Part shown: positions 8,178-17,849 of the stretch, piece by piece
Layout: every line of letters begins with the position of its first letter
Numbering within the stretch: position 1 is the first letter of the stretch
Assembly (NCBI GenBank): GCA_041599835.1
Contig: JBFILF010000001.1
Coordinates: forward strand, 1 to 35,557
Direction of reading: 5' to 3'
DNA: 35,557 nucleotides
Source: Pirellulaceae bacterium
Lineage (GTDB): Bacteria; Planctomycetota; Planctomycetia; Pirellulales; Pirellulaceae
Position numbers and translations under genes: made by a program
The notes under the pieces: model-generated
Databases searched by the model: none
Seen by the model: the letters and a program-made list of their open reading frames with translations, nothing else
What the model was told of the DNA's origin: nothing

Positions 8178-10649
8178 ATGCATCGACGGATCTTGTTAAG
8201 CCTGATCATCGGCTGTTTTGTCGTAGATATTTGCTGGGCGGCCTCACCACGGCTCAGCATTATTCTGCCGCGCGGCGTGCAGCGCGGCGCCGAGCACGTG
8301 CTGACCTTTAGCGGCTCGAATCTGGGCGACGCGGAAGAAATCTTCTTTTACGACACGGGGTTCCAGGTCACCAATTTGGAGGTGGCCGACGGCAACAACG
8401 TGCGGGTCACGGTCAACGTCGCGGCCGATTGCCGATTGGGCGAGCACGTGGCCCAAGTGCGGACGAAGTCCGGCATTTCCGACTTCCGCACGTTTTTTGT
8501 AGGGGCCCTGCCGGCCGTTGACGAAGTGGAACCCAATACGGACTTTGCTCAACCTCAACCGATCGAACTGAATGTCACCGTGCAAGGCGTCGTGCAGAGC
8601 GAGGACGTCGATTATTACGCCGTGACGGCCACCAAGGGACAACGCATCACCGTCGAAATTGAGGGCATGCGACTGGGTAACACCATGTTTGACCCTTACG
8701 TGGCAATCCTTGACGAAAAACGATTTGAGCTGGCGGCCAACGACGATTGCCCGCTGGCGTTGCAGGACGCCTTTGCTTCCGTTGTCGTGCCCGAGGACGG
8801 CAAGTATTTCATCGAAGTTCGCGAAAGCGCTTATGGCGGCAACGGCAATTGCCGCTATCGCCTGCATGTGGGGACGTTTCCGCGGCCCACGGCCGTGTAT
8901 CCCGCCGGTGGAAAGCTGGGGGAAGAAACACAAATTCGTTTTCTCGGCGATCCCAGCGGCGAAATAACCCAGACGATCACGCTTCCAGCTGCACCCCACG
9001 ATGACTTCGGGTTATTTGCCCAGGACGACGGTGGCATATCACCGTCACCCAATCAATTTCGTTTATTTGAGCACGGTAATGCGTTTGAGCAAGAACCTAA
9101 CAACCGGCCGGCCGAAGCCACGCCGGTTGAATTACCGTTGGCGTTCAATGGAATCATTGAAACAGCTGGCGATATTGACTGTTTCAAATTTGCGGCCAAG
9201 AAGGGCCAGGTATTTGACATCGAATGCTACGCGCGGCGGATCCGCTCCGGATTGGATGCCGTGATCAATCTGTACAAAGCGGACGGCGGCGGCATCGCCG
9301 GCAACGACGACTCGCGGGGCCCCGACAGCTATTACCGGTTTTCCGTCCCGGAAGACGGCGAGTACGTGATTCGGATTCGCGACCACCTGGGCCGCGGCGC
9401 GGCGGATTTTGTGTACCGGATCGAATTTCACGCGGTCAAACCCCAGTTGACGTTGGGCATTCCCCGCGTGGAACGGTACGGACAGTATCGTCAACAGATT
9501 TACGTGGCTCGCGGCAACCGGTTCGGAACGCTGATCAACGCCTCTCGAGCCAATTTCGGCGGCGAAATCGTGCTTGAAGGCAACGATTTGCCGGCCGGCA
9601 TTACCATGCACGCCGACCCGATGCCCGCCAACCTCAACAGCATGCCGGTTGTATTTGAGGCGGCCGCCGATGCGCCGATTGCCGGCCATTTAGTTGACTT
9701 CACCGGGCGGCACGCCGATCCCAACCAAAACATCAGCGGCGGTTTCTTTAACCGGGCCGATTTCGTTATCGCCAGCCCCGGTCAATCGCGATACACCGGC
9801 AAGGACGTCAACAAGTTGGCAATCGCCGTCGTCGACGAGTTGCCGTTCCACGTGGAAATTGTCGCGCCCCAAGTGCCTTTGGTGCGCGATGGCGAAATGA
9901 ATCTGAAAATCGTCGCCCACAAGAATGAAGGCTGGGATGAGGCCATCAACGTGCAACTGCCGTTCCGGCCACCGGGCGTCGGCGCTGCCAGTTCCGTCAA
10001 TATTCCCAAAGGCCAGAGCGAGGTCCTGTATCCCATCAATGCCAACGGCAACGCCCAGATTGCCAACTGGAAAATCTATGCATTGGCGAGCGCGAATGTG
10101 GGCGGACCTGCCTGGGTTTCGTCGCCGCTGACACCACTGCAGGTAGCTGATTCTTTTGTCAAGTTGGAAATGCAACGCGCATCCACCGAACAAGGTCAAC
10201 CGGCCCAGGTTTACTGTAAAGTCAATCTGACCACTGCGTTTGAAGGAAACGCCAAGGCCCGCTTGCTGGGAATTCCGCCCAAGGTGGCCACCAGCGAACT
10301 GGAATTTAACAAAGATGCCGCCGAGTTTTCATTCAACCTGACGACCGAAGGTGACAGTCCGGTCGGCAAACACAACTTGATCTGCCAGATCGAAATCACC
10401 CAAAACGGCGAATCAATCATCAGCCGCGGTGGAACCGTCGAATTTCAGATTGATAAACCGCTGCCGCCACAACCCAATCAACCCGCTGCCGCGCCACCGC
10501 AACCGGCGCCGCAAGCACAGGCGGAAGCAGAAAAACCCAAAGCCAAACCACTAACGCGACTGGAAAAACTCAGGTTGGCCGCCAAACAAATGAAAGAGGC
10601 GAAAGCCCAACAGGCCAATCAAGGGAATAGCGGCGGTAATCCGCCATAG
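8178..10649 (+). CDS. Secreted protein with two pre-peptidase C-terminal (PPC)-like domains and a Pro/Ala/Gln-rich tail
   Basis: Signal peptide MHRRILLSLIIGCFVVDICWA. Two PPC-like units are present: EPNTDFAQPQPIEL..VDYYAVTATKGQRITVE..DPYVAILD, and EPNNRPAEATPVEL..DIDCFKFAAKKGQVFDIE..DAVINLY..GEYVIRIRD. The C-terminus is PPQPNQPAAAPPQPAPQAQAEAEKPK. Confidence 0.75.
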   Translation: MHRRILLSLIIGCFVVDICWAASPRLSIILPRGVQRGAEHVLTFSGSNLGDAEEIFFYDTGFQVTNLEVADGNNVRVTVNVAADCRLGEHVAQVRTKSGISDFRTFFVGALPAVDEVEPNTDFAQPQPIELNVTVQGVVQSEDVDYYAVTATKGQRITVEIEGMRLGNTMFDPYVAILDEKRFELAANDDCPLALQDAFASVVVPEDGKYFIEVRESAYGGNGNCRYRLHVGTFPRPTAVYPAGGKLGEETQIRFLGDPSGEITQTITLPAAPHDDFGLFAQDDGGISPSPNQFRLFEHGNAFEQEPNNRPAEATPVELPLAFNGIIETAGDIDCFKFAAKKGQVFDIECYARRIRSGLDAVINLYKADGGGIAGNDDSRGPDSYYRFSVPEDGEYVIRIRDHLGRGAADFVYRIEFHAVKPQLTLGIPRVERYGQYRQQIYVARGNRFGTLINASRANFGGEIVLEGNDLPAGITMHADPMPANLNSMPVVFEAAADAPIAGHLVDFTGRHADPNQNISGGFFNRADFVIASPGQSRYTGKDVNKLAIAVVDELPFHVEIVAPQVPLVRDGEMNLKIVAHKNEGWDEAINVQLPFRPPGVGAASSVNIPKGQSEVLYPINANGNAQIANWKIYALASANVGGPAWVSSPLTPLQVADSFVKLEMQRASTEQGQPAQVYCKVNLTTAFEGNAKARLLGIPPKVATSELEFNKDAAEFSFNLTTEGDSPVGKHNLICQIEITQNGESIISRGGTVEFQIDKPLPPQPNQPAAAPPQPAPQAQAEAEKPKAKPLTRLEKLRLAAKQMKEAKAQQANQGNSGGNPP

Positions 10650-10686
10650 AGACAGGAATTCCATTTCGGAAATCAGGGATAAAATA

Positions 10687-13239
10687 ATGAACGCTTCTGC
10701 GATTCGATTCGGCGCCGCCGAATGGGTGGCGATCGTCGTATTCATGCTCTCGGCCTCGGCATACGCTCAGGAGGGCCAACCGACTGAGCCGCCAAGCACA
10801 ACTCCGCCTGTTGAGGTTAAACCCACTGCATCGCCGGCCGCAACGGCCCAGGACCAAGAACCGGCCGCAGCTCAGCCGGCGGTCGCGCCCGCCGCAATCG
10901 CCGTCTACCCGCCGGATGTGTTTTTGACGAATGTTCGCGACCGGCAGTCGTTGATTGTCCAAGCCGCCTACCCCGACGGCATTACCCGCGACGTGACTGG
11001 CGAAGCCAAATTGACGCTGACCGATCCCAAATTGGTCCGAATTGAAAACCATACTCTATATCCTCAGGTCGATGGAAATTGCGAGTTGACGGTTGAATAT
11101 GCCGGCCAGACAGCCTCGATCCCAATCCAGGTCCAAAACGCTCAAGTCGAACATCCGATCAGTTTCAAATTGGATGTGATGCCGGTGTTTATGAAGGCCG
11201 GATGCAATTCGGGCAGTTGCCATGGCGCGGCACGGGGCAAGGACGGATTTCGGTTGTCGTTGTTCGGATTTGATCCCGACGGCGATTACCATCGCTTAAC
11301 ACGCGAGATGACCGGCCGCCGCGTTAACTTGGCGTTGCCCGAGGATAGCCTGCTGTGTCAAAAGGCGATTGGTGCCGTTTCGCACTCTGGTGGCAAGCGA
11401 TTTGAGCCCGACAGCGAATACTACCAGACACTGGTGCGCTGGCTGAGCGCACGTGCGCCCGGCGACGCGGGTGAAGTGCCGCAAGTCGTGAGCGTCGAGA
11501 TCTTCCCCCGCAGTGCTGTGTTGGATGGTCAGGGGGCCACGCAGCAAATCAACGTACGCGCCAAGTACTCCGACGGGTCGGATCGCGACGTGACGTCGCT
11601 GGCTTATTTTATGTCGAACAACGACAACTCGGCTGAGATCGACCAAAACGGCCTGGTCACCGCCATGAACCGCGGTGAGGCGTTCATCATGGCTCGATTT
11701 GAAACCCATACGGTGGGAACGCATTTCATTTCGTTGCCAAAAGATTTGCAGTTTGAATGGAAAGAGTTGCCGGTTAACAACTACGTCGATGAGTTAATTC
11801 ACGACAAATTCAAAAAGCTGCGAATATTGCCTTCCGAGGTTTGCACCGATGAAGAATACTTGCGGCGGGCCTCCCTGGATATTTGCGGCGTCATGCCGAC
11901 GATCGAGGAATATAACCGGTTCATTGCCGATACCGATCCGGCGAAGCGCGAAAAACTAGTCGACGAATTGCTGCAGCGGAAAGAGTTCGTCGAGATCTGG
12001 GTCATGAAGTGGGCAGAGTTGCTGCAGGTTCGCACGACGCAGCAAATCGACTACAAGCCCATGTTGCGCTATTACAACTGGTTGCAGGAGCGGATTGCCA
12101 ATAATGTTCCCATCAATGAAATGGTTCAGGAACTGTTGGGGAGCACCGGCGGCACATTTGAAAACGCGGCCACCAATTACTACCAGAACGAGTCGGATCC
12201 GAAAAAGATTGCAGAAAACGTGGCGCAGGTATTCATGGGTATGCGGATTCAATGCACCCAATGCCACAACCACCCGTTCGATCGGTGGACGATGGACGAC
12301 TACTACGGGTTTGCCGCCTTTTTCTCGCAGATTGGTCGCAAACGGGGCGAAGATCCGCGCGAGGTCATCGTGTTTAACAGCGGTGGCGGCGAGGTGCGGC
12401 ATCTGGTCGACAATCGCGTGATGCAACCCAAGTTTCTCGGCGGCGAAGTACCGGACGTCAAAGGCAAGGACCGGCGGATTGTGTTGGCCAATTGGCTGGC
12501 GTCGCCTGAAAATCCTTACTTTGCTCCCAACCTGGCCAATATCGTGTGGGCCCACTTCTTCGGCAGAGGCATTATCAACGAAGTCGACGACGTGCGCGTC
12601 AGCAACCCGCCGGTTAACGCGGAACTGCTGCAGGCGCTGGCCGATAAGTTCGTCGAGTACAACTATGACTTCAAAAAGCTGGTGCGGGACATCTGCACGT
12701 CGCGAACCTATCAACTGAGCACCAAAACCAATCCGTCGAATGAAAAAGACGACCGCAACTTTTCACACGCCAAAATTCGAAGGCTGCGGGCCGAGGTGTT
12801 GCTGGACGCCATCACCCAAGTCACCAACACCAAAGACAAATTTGCCGGTCTGCCACTGGGCGCCCGTGCGGTGCAAATTGCCAATGGTAATACCAGCACC
12901 TATTTTTTGACCACGTTCGGCCGGGCAACCCGCGCCACCGTCTGCGCCTGCGAGGTGAAAATGGAACCGAATCTTTCGCAAGCGTTGCATCTAATTAACG
13001 GTGACACGGTCCGGGCCAAAATCGAACAGGGCAAGTTGATTGAAACTCGGCTGGCCGAGTCAAAAACGCCACCGGAAATTATCGAAGAACTGTACCTGCG
13101 CTGCCTGACGCGAAAACCCACGGAGGCGGAACTCAGCAGCCTTAACGAGGTTCTCGCCGAAAATGAGGACAAGAAACAGGTACTGGAAGACATATTTTGG
13201 GCCTTGTTGAATTCACAGGAATTTGTTTTCAACCATTAG
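10687..13239 (+). CDS. DUF1549/DUF1553 (PSCyt2/PSD1) domain protein with Ig-like (Big_2-type) domains
   Basis: Signal peptide present. Ig-like segments are QSLIVQAAYPDGITRDVT and QQINVRAKYSDGSDRDVT. DUF1549 block: VDELIHDKFKKLRILPSEVCTDEEYLRRASLDICGVMPT. DUF1553 block: CTQCHNHPFDRWTMDDYYGFAAFF...TRATVCACE. Confidence 0.88.
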   Translation: MNASAIRFGAAEWVAIVVFMLSASAYAQEGQPTEPPSTTPPVEVKPTASPAATAQDQEPAAAQPAVAPAAIAVYPPDVFLTNVRDRQSLIVQAAYPDGITRDVTGEAKLTLTDPKLVRIENHTLYPQVDGNCELTVEYAGQTASIPIQVQNAQVEHPISFKLDVMPVFMKAGCNSGSCHGAARGKDGFRLSLFGFDPDGDYHRLTREMTGRRVNLALPEDSLLCQKAIGAVSHSGGKRFEPDSEYYQTLVRWLSARAPGDAGEVPQVVSVEIFPRSAVLDGQGATQQINVRAKYSDGSDRDVTSLAYFMSNNDNSAEIDQNGLVTAMNRGEAFIMARFETHTVGTHFISLPKDLQFEWKELPVNNYVDELIHDKFKKLRILPSEVCTDEEYLRRASLDICGVMPTIEEYNRFIADTDPAKREKLVDELLQRKEFVEIWVMKWAELLQVRTTQQIDYKPMLRYYNWLQERIANNVPINEMVQELLGSTGGTFENAATNYYQNESDPKKIAENVAQVFMGMRIQCTQCHNHPFDRWTMDDYYGFAAFFSQIGRKRGEDPREVIVFNSGGGEVRHLVDNRVMQPKFLGGEVPDVKGKDRRIVLANWLASPENPYFAPNLANIVWAHFFGRGIINEVDDVRVSNPPVNAELLQALADKFVEYNYDFKKLVRDICTSRTYQLSTKTNPSNEKDDRNFSHAKIRRLRAEVLLDAITQVTNTKDKFAGLPLGARAVQIANGNTSTYFLTTFGRATRATVCACEVKMEPNLSQALHLINGDTVRAKIEQGKLIETRLAESKTPPEIIEELYLRCLTRKPTEAELSSLNEVLAENEDKKQVLEDIFWALLNSQEFVFNH

Positions 13240-13254
13240 GATGAATGATCCAAA

Positions 13255-15534
13255 ATGAGACAGTTCAGGAACAGGCAACGATTACCGTTTTACCTGTCCG
13301 CGGTGACCGGTTGTGCCGCGGTCATTGGCATTTCGATGTGCGCCCCATCCGCGGTCGCGCAGGAAACGGCTGCCGAGAAAACAACGTACGACGATCATGT
13401 CAAAGCGATCTTTGCGCAGCGCTGTTCATCCTGCCACAATCCCAACAAGAAAAGCGCCGATCTGGATGTCACCAACTTCAGCAACCTGATGCAAGGCGGT
13501 GCTTCCGGGGCAGTCGTCGAACCGGGCGACCCCGATTTCAGCCGGCTGTTCACGCTCGTCAATCACGACGATGAACCGAAGATGCCGCCCGACGGTAAAA
13601 TCCCGCAGGCGGAAATCGATCTAATCAAAACGTGGATTGATGGCGGCGCGCTGGAGAACATGGGCAGCAAAGCGGTCATCAAGAAAAAAATGGGCGTGGC
13701 CATGGTCGAGAATCCATTGGAACGGCCCCAAGTGATTGCCATGCCTCCCCGTCTGAGCCTCGAACCTCAGACCGTCACCGAGAAAAACGATGTCGTGTCC
13801 AGCATCGCTACCAGCCCCTGGGGACCGCTGGCGGCCGTCGCTGGTGAACGGCAGGTGTTGCTGTATCACACGCAAAACTTGGAATTAGTCGGCGTGCTGC
13901 CATTCCCCGAGGGCGCGGTCAACGTGGTGCGATTCAGCCGCACGGGTCAATTGCTGTTGGCAGCCGGTGGACAACCAGGTGCCCGCGGATTGGTCGTCCT
14001 GTGGGATGTGACCAGTGGCGAACGGATTGCGGTCATTGGAGACGAATTTGACGAGGTGTTAGCCGCGGATATCAGCGCGGATCATTCCCAAGTCGCGTTG
14101 GGAGGACCGCAGCGGACGATCAAGGTGTATTCCACGCAATCCGGCGAATTGCAGTTCGAAATGACCAAACCCACAGAATGGCTAACGGCGATCGAATTCA
14201 GCCCTGATGGCGTGTTATTGGCCACCGGCGATCGCAATGGCGGTCTGTACGTTTGGGAAGCAACGACCGGACGCGAGTACTTGACGCTCAATGGCCATTC
14301 TGGCGCGATTACAGGACTCTCCTGGCGAGCCGATTCGAACGTCCTGGCCTCCGCCAGCCAGGACACCACGATTCGTTTGTGGGAAATGGAAAACGGCAAT
14401 CAGATCAAAAACTGGGGAGCCCATGGCGGTGGGGCGACCGCCATCGAATTTGCTCGAGATGGCCGAATCCTTTCGACCGGTCGCGACCGCGTAACCAAGC
14501 TATGGGACCAAAACGGCCAGCAACTGAAGGCATTTGCGGCATTACCGGCAATCGGATTAAGCGTCAGCTGGTGTGATGAAACCAGTCGCGCGATGGCTGG
14601 AGACTACTCCGGCCAAATCGTCCTCTGGCAGGAATCCGACGCAGCGCAAGTGGGTTCGTGGACACCCAACCCGCCCAGCTTGGAACAGCGATTGGCGGCG
14701 GCCACAACCGCTCTGAACGAAAAATCCGCTGGGCTTCCACCGCTTAAACAAAACCTCGATCAAGCCACCGCGGAACTGACGGCCATGCAGAGCCAGCTCG
14801 CTGAAACACAGCAAGTCCAAGCATCCACGACGCAAACCGTCGCAGCTTTGGACGCCGAAATCAAAACCGCCACCACTCAAAAAACAGAAAGCGAGCAATC
14901 GCTCAGCCAGGTGACGGACCAGTTGACACGTCACAACGCGGCCAAACCGCTGGTCAGCGAGGCGGTGCGGAACATCATTGAGGCGGCCGGTCAGCTGACT
15001 GACAATGCGGCCATCGGTCAACAGGCCACCGTGCTGACGGAACAACTCAAACAGATCGAAAGCCAGATCGCGATGCTGACCAGTCAGCAAACGGAATTAA
15101 ACTCCAAGATCACCGAATTAACCACGCAGCTGACGCAAGCCAATGAAAAATTACAAAAAGCACAACAGGAGTTAAAAACGGCTAACGAAAAGGTGGCGGC
15201 AATCCAGGCTCAGTTGCCGCCCATCGAGCAAAAACACCAGGAGGCCACCGCGGCTTACAACAACCTGAACGCGGACGTCCAAGCAGCGCAGGCTCAAGTG
15301 GATCGCTGGAACGAGGAAACGAACTTCGCCAAACAAATGGTCGAGCTGCGGCAAAAACTCGAAGCGGCGATGCAAGTCGTCCAACAGCGTGAGCAGAGTC
15401 TGAATGAGGCAACGACGCAGTTGAACAATGCCCAATCCGCTGTCGATACCGCCAAGCAATCGGTTGGTGAAGCTCAGACGGGCGTCGACAATATTTTGCA
15501 GGAAATTGCCAAAGCTAAAGGCATTGACCAGTAG
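13255..15534 (+). CDS. Planctomycete cytochrome-c domain (CxxCH) / WD40-repeat / coiled-coil fusion protein
   Basis: Signal peptide present. The heme motif sits in FAQRCSSCHNPNKKSADLD...KMPP. WD40 repeats include GHSGAITGLSWRADSNVLASASQDTTIRLWE. The C-terminal segment of about 285 aa is a Q/A/T/E-rich heptad-like region (LAETQQVQASTTQTVAALDAEIK...). Confidence 0.85.
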   Translation: MRQFRNRQRLPFYLSAVTGCAAVIGISMCAPSAVAQETAAEKTTYDDHVKAIFAQRCSSCHNPNKKSADLDVTNFSNLMQGGASGAVVEPGDPDFSRLFTLVNHDDEPKMPPDGKIPQAEIDLIKTWIDGGALENMGSKAVIKKKMGVAMVENPLERPQVIAMPPRLSLEPQTVTEKNDVVSSIATSPWGPLAAVAGERQVLLYHTQNLELVGVLPFPEGAVNVVRFSRTGQLLLAAGGQPGARGLVVLWDVTSGERIAVIGDEFDEVLAADISADHSQVALGGPQRTIKVYSTQSGELQFEMTKPTEWLTAIEFSPDGVLLATGDRNGGLYVWEATTGREYLTLNGHSGAITGLSWRADSNVLASASQDTTIRLWEMENGNQIKNWGAHGGGATAIEFARDGRILSTGRDRVTKLWDQNGQQLKAFAALPAIGLSVSWCDETSRAMAGDYSGQIVLWQESDAAQVGSWTPNPPSLEQRLAAATTALNEKSAGLPPLKQNLDQATAELTAMQSQLAETQQVQASTTQTVAALDAEIKTATTQKTESEQSLSQVTDQLTRHNAAKPLVSEAVRNIIEAAGQLTDNAAIGQQATVLTEQLKQIESQIAMLTSQQTELNSKITELTTQLTQANEKLQKAQQELKTANEKVAAIQAQLPPIEQKHQEATAAYNNLNADVQAAQAQVDRWNEETNFAKQMVELRQKLEAAMQVVQQREQSLNEATTQLNNAQSAVDTAKQSVGEAQTGVDNILQEIAKAKGIDQ

Positions 15535-15616
15535 TCGCTGGGGCAATTTTCTGCATCCTCACTCGTCCCCAATTATACTCGTCTTGTTACGTTTGCTTTG
15601 ACGGGGGAATAATAGG

Positions 15617-16468
15617 GTGAGTTACGGCCAGCGGCACCGTCCACGGCGCAAGTATGCCAGCGGGCTGCGTTTACGATTGTTCTTGGCTGGCGGCATTCTT
15701 CTGTTCTCGGCCGTCTCATATTTCGGCAGTTCCGACAAATATCCGATCTCCGGCAAAACACAGCAGGCGGCTTTAACGGGAAAGCAGGAAATTCACCTAG
15801 GTCGTTCCACGCGCCTGGAAATGGCCAAACGCCACGGTGGACTACATCCCAGTCGCGACGCGCAGCAAATGGTTGACGAGATTGGATTGCGTCTGGTCGA
15901 CGCATTGGACCGGCAATTCGCCGAACAGGGGCGGGCTAACCCCTATCCATTTGAGTTTCACTTGTTGGCCGATCAGCGGACAATCAATGCGTTTGCCCTG
16001 CCAGGCGGCCAAGTATTTATCACGTACGGGCTGTACGATCGTTTGCAAACAACGGGCCAATTAGCCGCGGTGCTGGGCCATGAAATGGGTCACATATTGG
16101 AACGCCACGTTGCCAAGCGATTGGCGAACCAGAAAACGACTCGCAGTCTGATCGGAACGCCAGGAGTGTTCAGGCAAGATTCCGGTTCCAAACAAGCGGC
16201 GCAAATGGTCGGACAACTGGTAAATATGAAATTTGGCCCCAACGATGAATTAGAATCCGATCGGTGGGCAGTGCAGCTGATGGTAACGGCTGGTTTCGAT
16301 CCACGCGCTATGTTAGCCGTGATGGATATTCTCGATTCGGCTGTGGCCGCCGGTTCTCAACCGGAAATGCTCAGCACTCATCCGTTGCCCGCCGATCGCC
16401 AGAGTTATATCCAAGAACGGATTGCCGAATTTTTCCCGAATGGCCTGCCTCCCGGCCTCAAGGATTGA
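15617..16468 (+). CDS. M48-family zinc metallopeptidase
   Basis: HEMGHILERH provides HExxH, with INAFALPGGQVFITYGL upstream. An N-terminal TM segment LRLFLAGGILLFSAVSYF is present. The GTG start at 15617 is uncertain. Confidence 0.82.
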   Translation: MSYGQRHRPRRKYASGLRLRLFLAGGILLFSAVSYFGSSDKYPISGKTQQAALTGKQEIHLGRSTRLEMAKRHGGLHPSRDAQQMVDEIGLRLVDALDRQFAEQGRANPYPFEFHLLADQRTINAFALPGGQVFITYGLYDRLQTTGQLAAVLGHEMGHILERHVAKRLANQKTTRSLIGTPGVFRQDSGSKQAAQMVGQLVNMKFGPNDELESDRWAVQLMVTAGFDPRAMLAVMDILDSAVAAGSQPEMLSTHPLPADRQSYIQERIAEFFPNGLPPGLKD

Positions 16469-16619
16469 GGCAGTACTTTCGCCCGGGGAGCCAATCCAAG
16501 CTAGCATTTGCCTGGGATGACAAACAATCTGGACATTTTTCGCGCAAACTCCTAACGTCGCCATCGGCCTCCATTCGCGATGAGGTCTTGAGCCCCCCCC
16601 AAATGCAAGCGGAACGCCC

Positions 16620-17408
16620 ATGAAGAGTCTTTGCGTATGGTTGGCCACGGTAGCAATTCTGGGCTGTTGGCCGGCCGCCGTTTCGGCTGAAGAATTTCGA
16701 ATCGAGACGATTGTCTATCGCGAAGGCGAACCTGAGCCGTTATCTGAAAACCTGACTCTGTTCGATGATCATCTGGTGTTTGATTTCATGCTCAAGCCCG
16801 ATCAGAGTCGGTTTCCACAACAGATTGTCATTTACAATGCGACGGAAAAACGATTCGTATTGTTGGATACGCGGAGCCGCGTCAAGACTGAGATCATTGA
16901 AAGTGAGTTGCTGAAAATACTTGCGGCCCTTCAAAGCTCCAGTGTCGTTGACAAAGAAAATGAGTTTTTGTTTTTTCCATCGTTTGAGGAAAAGTTTGAT
17001 ATTGGCACCAACTGGCTGACCCTTCGCAGTCCCCGACTGACTTATCGCACGCGCGGCGAACGCCCTGCCAACGACGCCGTACTCGATATGTATTACGTAT
17101 TCATTGACCAGTTCGCGCGGCTTAACGCAACGGACCCGCGCCGCATGCCTCCATTTGCCCGCTTGAAATTAAACGGAGCGATAAAAAAATACGGTTTTAT
17201 TCCAAGTCGCGTGGAAATGACGCTGGAGCCTAAGCAGTCCACCATCAAGGAGCCACTCAAGATTTTTTCGGAACACGTCATGATGTGGGAACTTTCGGAT
17301 AAGGACCGGCAACGCATTGACTCGGCAAAACGATATTGGATGGATTTCAAGACAGTTGGTTTGGCCGAATTTCGAGGAATTGAAACTCACGGTGAACCGG
17401 ACGAGTAG
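16620..17408 (+). CDS. Hypothetical secreted protein
   Basis: Clear signal peptide MKSLCVWLATVAILGCWPAAVSA. The 262-aa ORF has coding-like composition. No family recognised. Confidence 0.6.
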   Translation: MKSLCVWLATVAILGCWPAAVSAEEFRIETIVYREGEPEPLSENLTLFDDHLVFDFMLKPDQSRFPQQIVIYNATEKRFVLLDTRSRVKTEIIESELLKILAALQSSSVVDKENEFLFFPSFEEKFDIGTNWLTLRSPRLTYRTRGERPANDAVLDMYYVFIDQFARLNATDPRRMPPFARLKLNGAIKKYGFIPSRVEMTLEPKQSTIKEPLKIFSEHVMMWELSDKDRQRIDSAKRYWMDFKTVGLAEFRGIETHGEPDE

Positions 17409-17591
17409 GATTAGCGTCTAACCAGCGGATGGGCTAGACCGCCAGATCTAGGGAACCGCCCACCCGGCCAGGGCATCGAAAAACCGCGATTTTAGCGGCA
17501 TTCGACCGGTTTTGCGGGAGACAGCTGTAAAAGCCAGATTGATCCGAATTTCTTGCCAATCCGCGCGGGGGTGGGAAATTTGTCGAAAATA

Positions 17592-17621
17592 TTGGCTGTT
17601 TTTGATCGAAAAAGATAGAAT
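17592..17621 (+). promoter_or_regulatory. Candidate sigma70-type promoter in a long intergenic region
   Basis: TTGGCT (17592-17597), an 18-nt spacer, then TAGAAT (17616-17621). It would give a leader of about 220-230 nt before the pentapeptide-repeat gene. Motif match only. Confidence 0.3.
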
Positions 17622-17849
17622 GGAAGCAGTCTGCGGAAGCGGGCCGCTCCCCAAGAATCCAACCGCGAAAGCAAGCAGTTTCACAAACCAAACCGGTTTG
17701 CAGATTAAATAATTCGTCGAAACGACGATGCGCGTGAACGACAGCGCGAAAAGTGCCGAGTTTCGGTTCTGCCAGCGGGTGATTCACGTCGAGTAGGGGA
17801 AAGTGTAGCCGCGGGCCATCTGCCATCAGGTGGCGGGCTGGCACTTGAG

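Noticed and set aside
7376-8999. Long antisense ORFs 7376..8260(-) and 8244..8999(-). Similar cases are 9132..9689, 9690..10199, 11956..12714, 14557..15090, 25053..25547, 26858..27508 and 27527..28386.
   Set aside because: Each is opposite a gene with clear family motifs on the + strand, and none shows recognisable motifs. They are shadow ORFs.
17622-17629. GGAAGCAG motif resembling the conserved domain IV of SRP (4.5S) RNA.
   Set aside because: The flanking sequence is AT-rich. It lacks the GNRA-capped helix and the symmetric-loop partner strand required for SRP RNA, so this is only an 8-mer coincidence.
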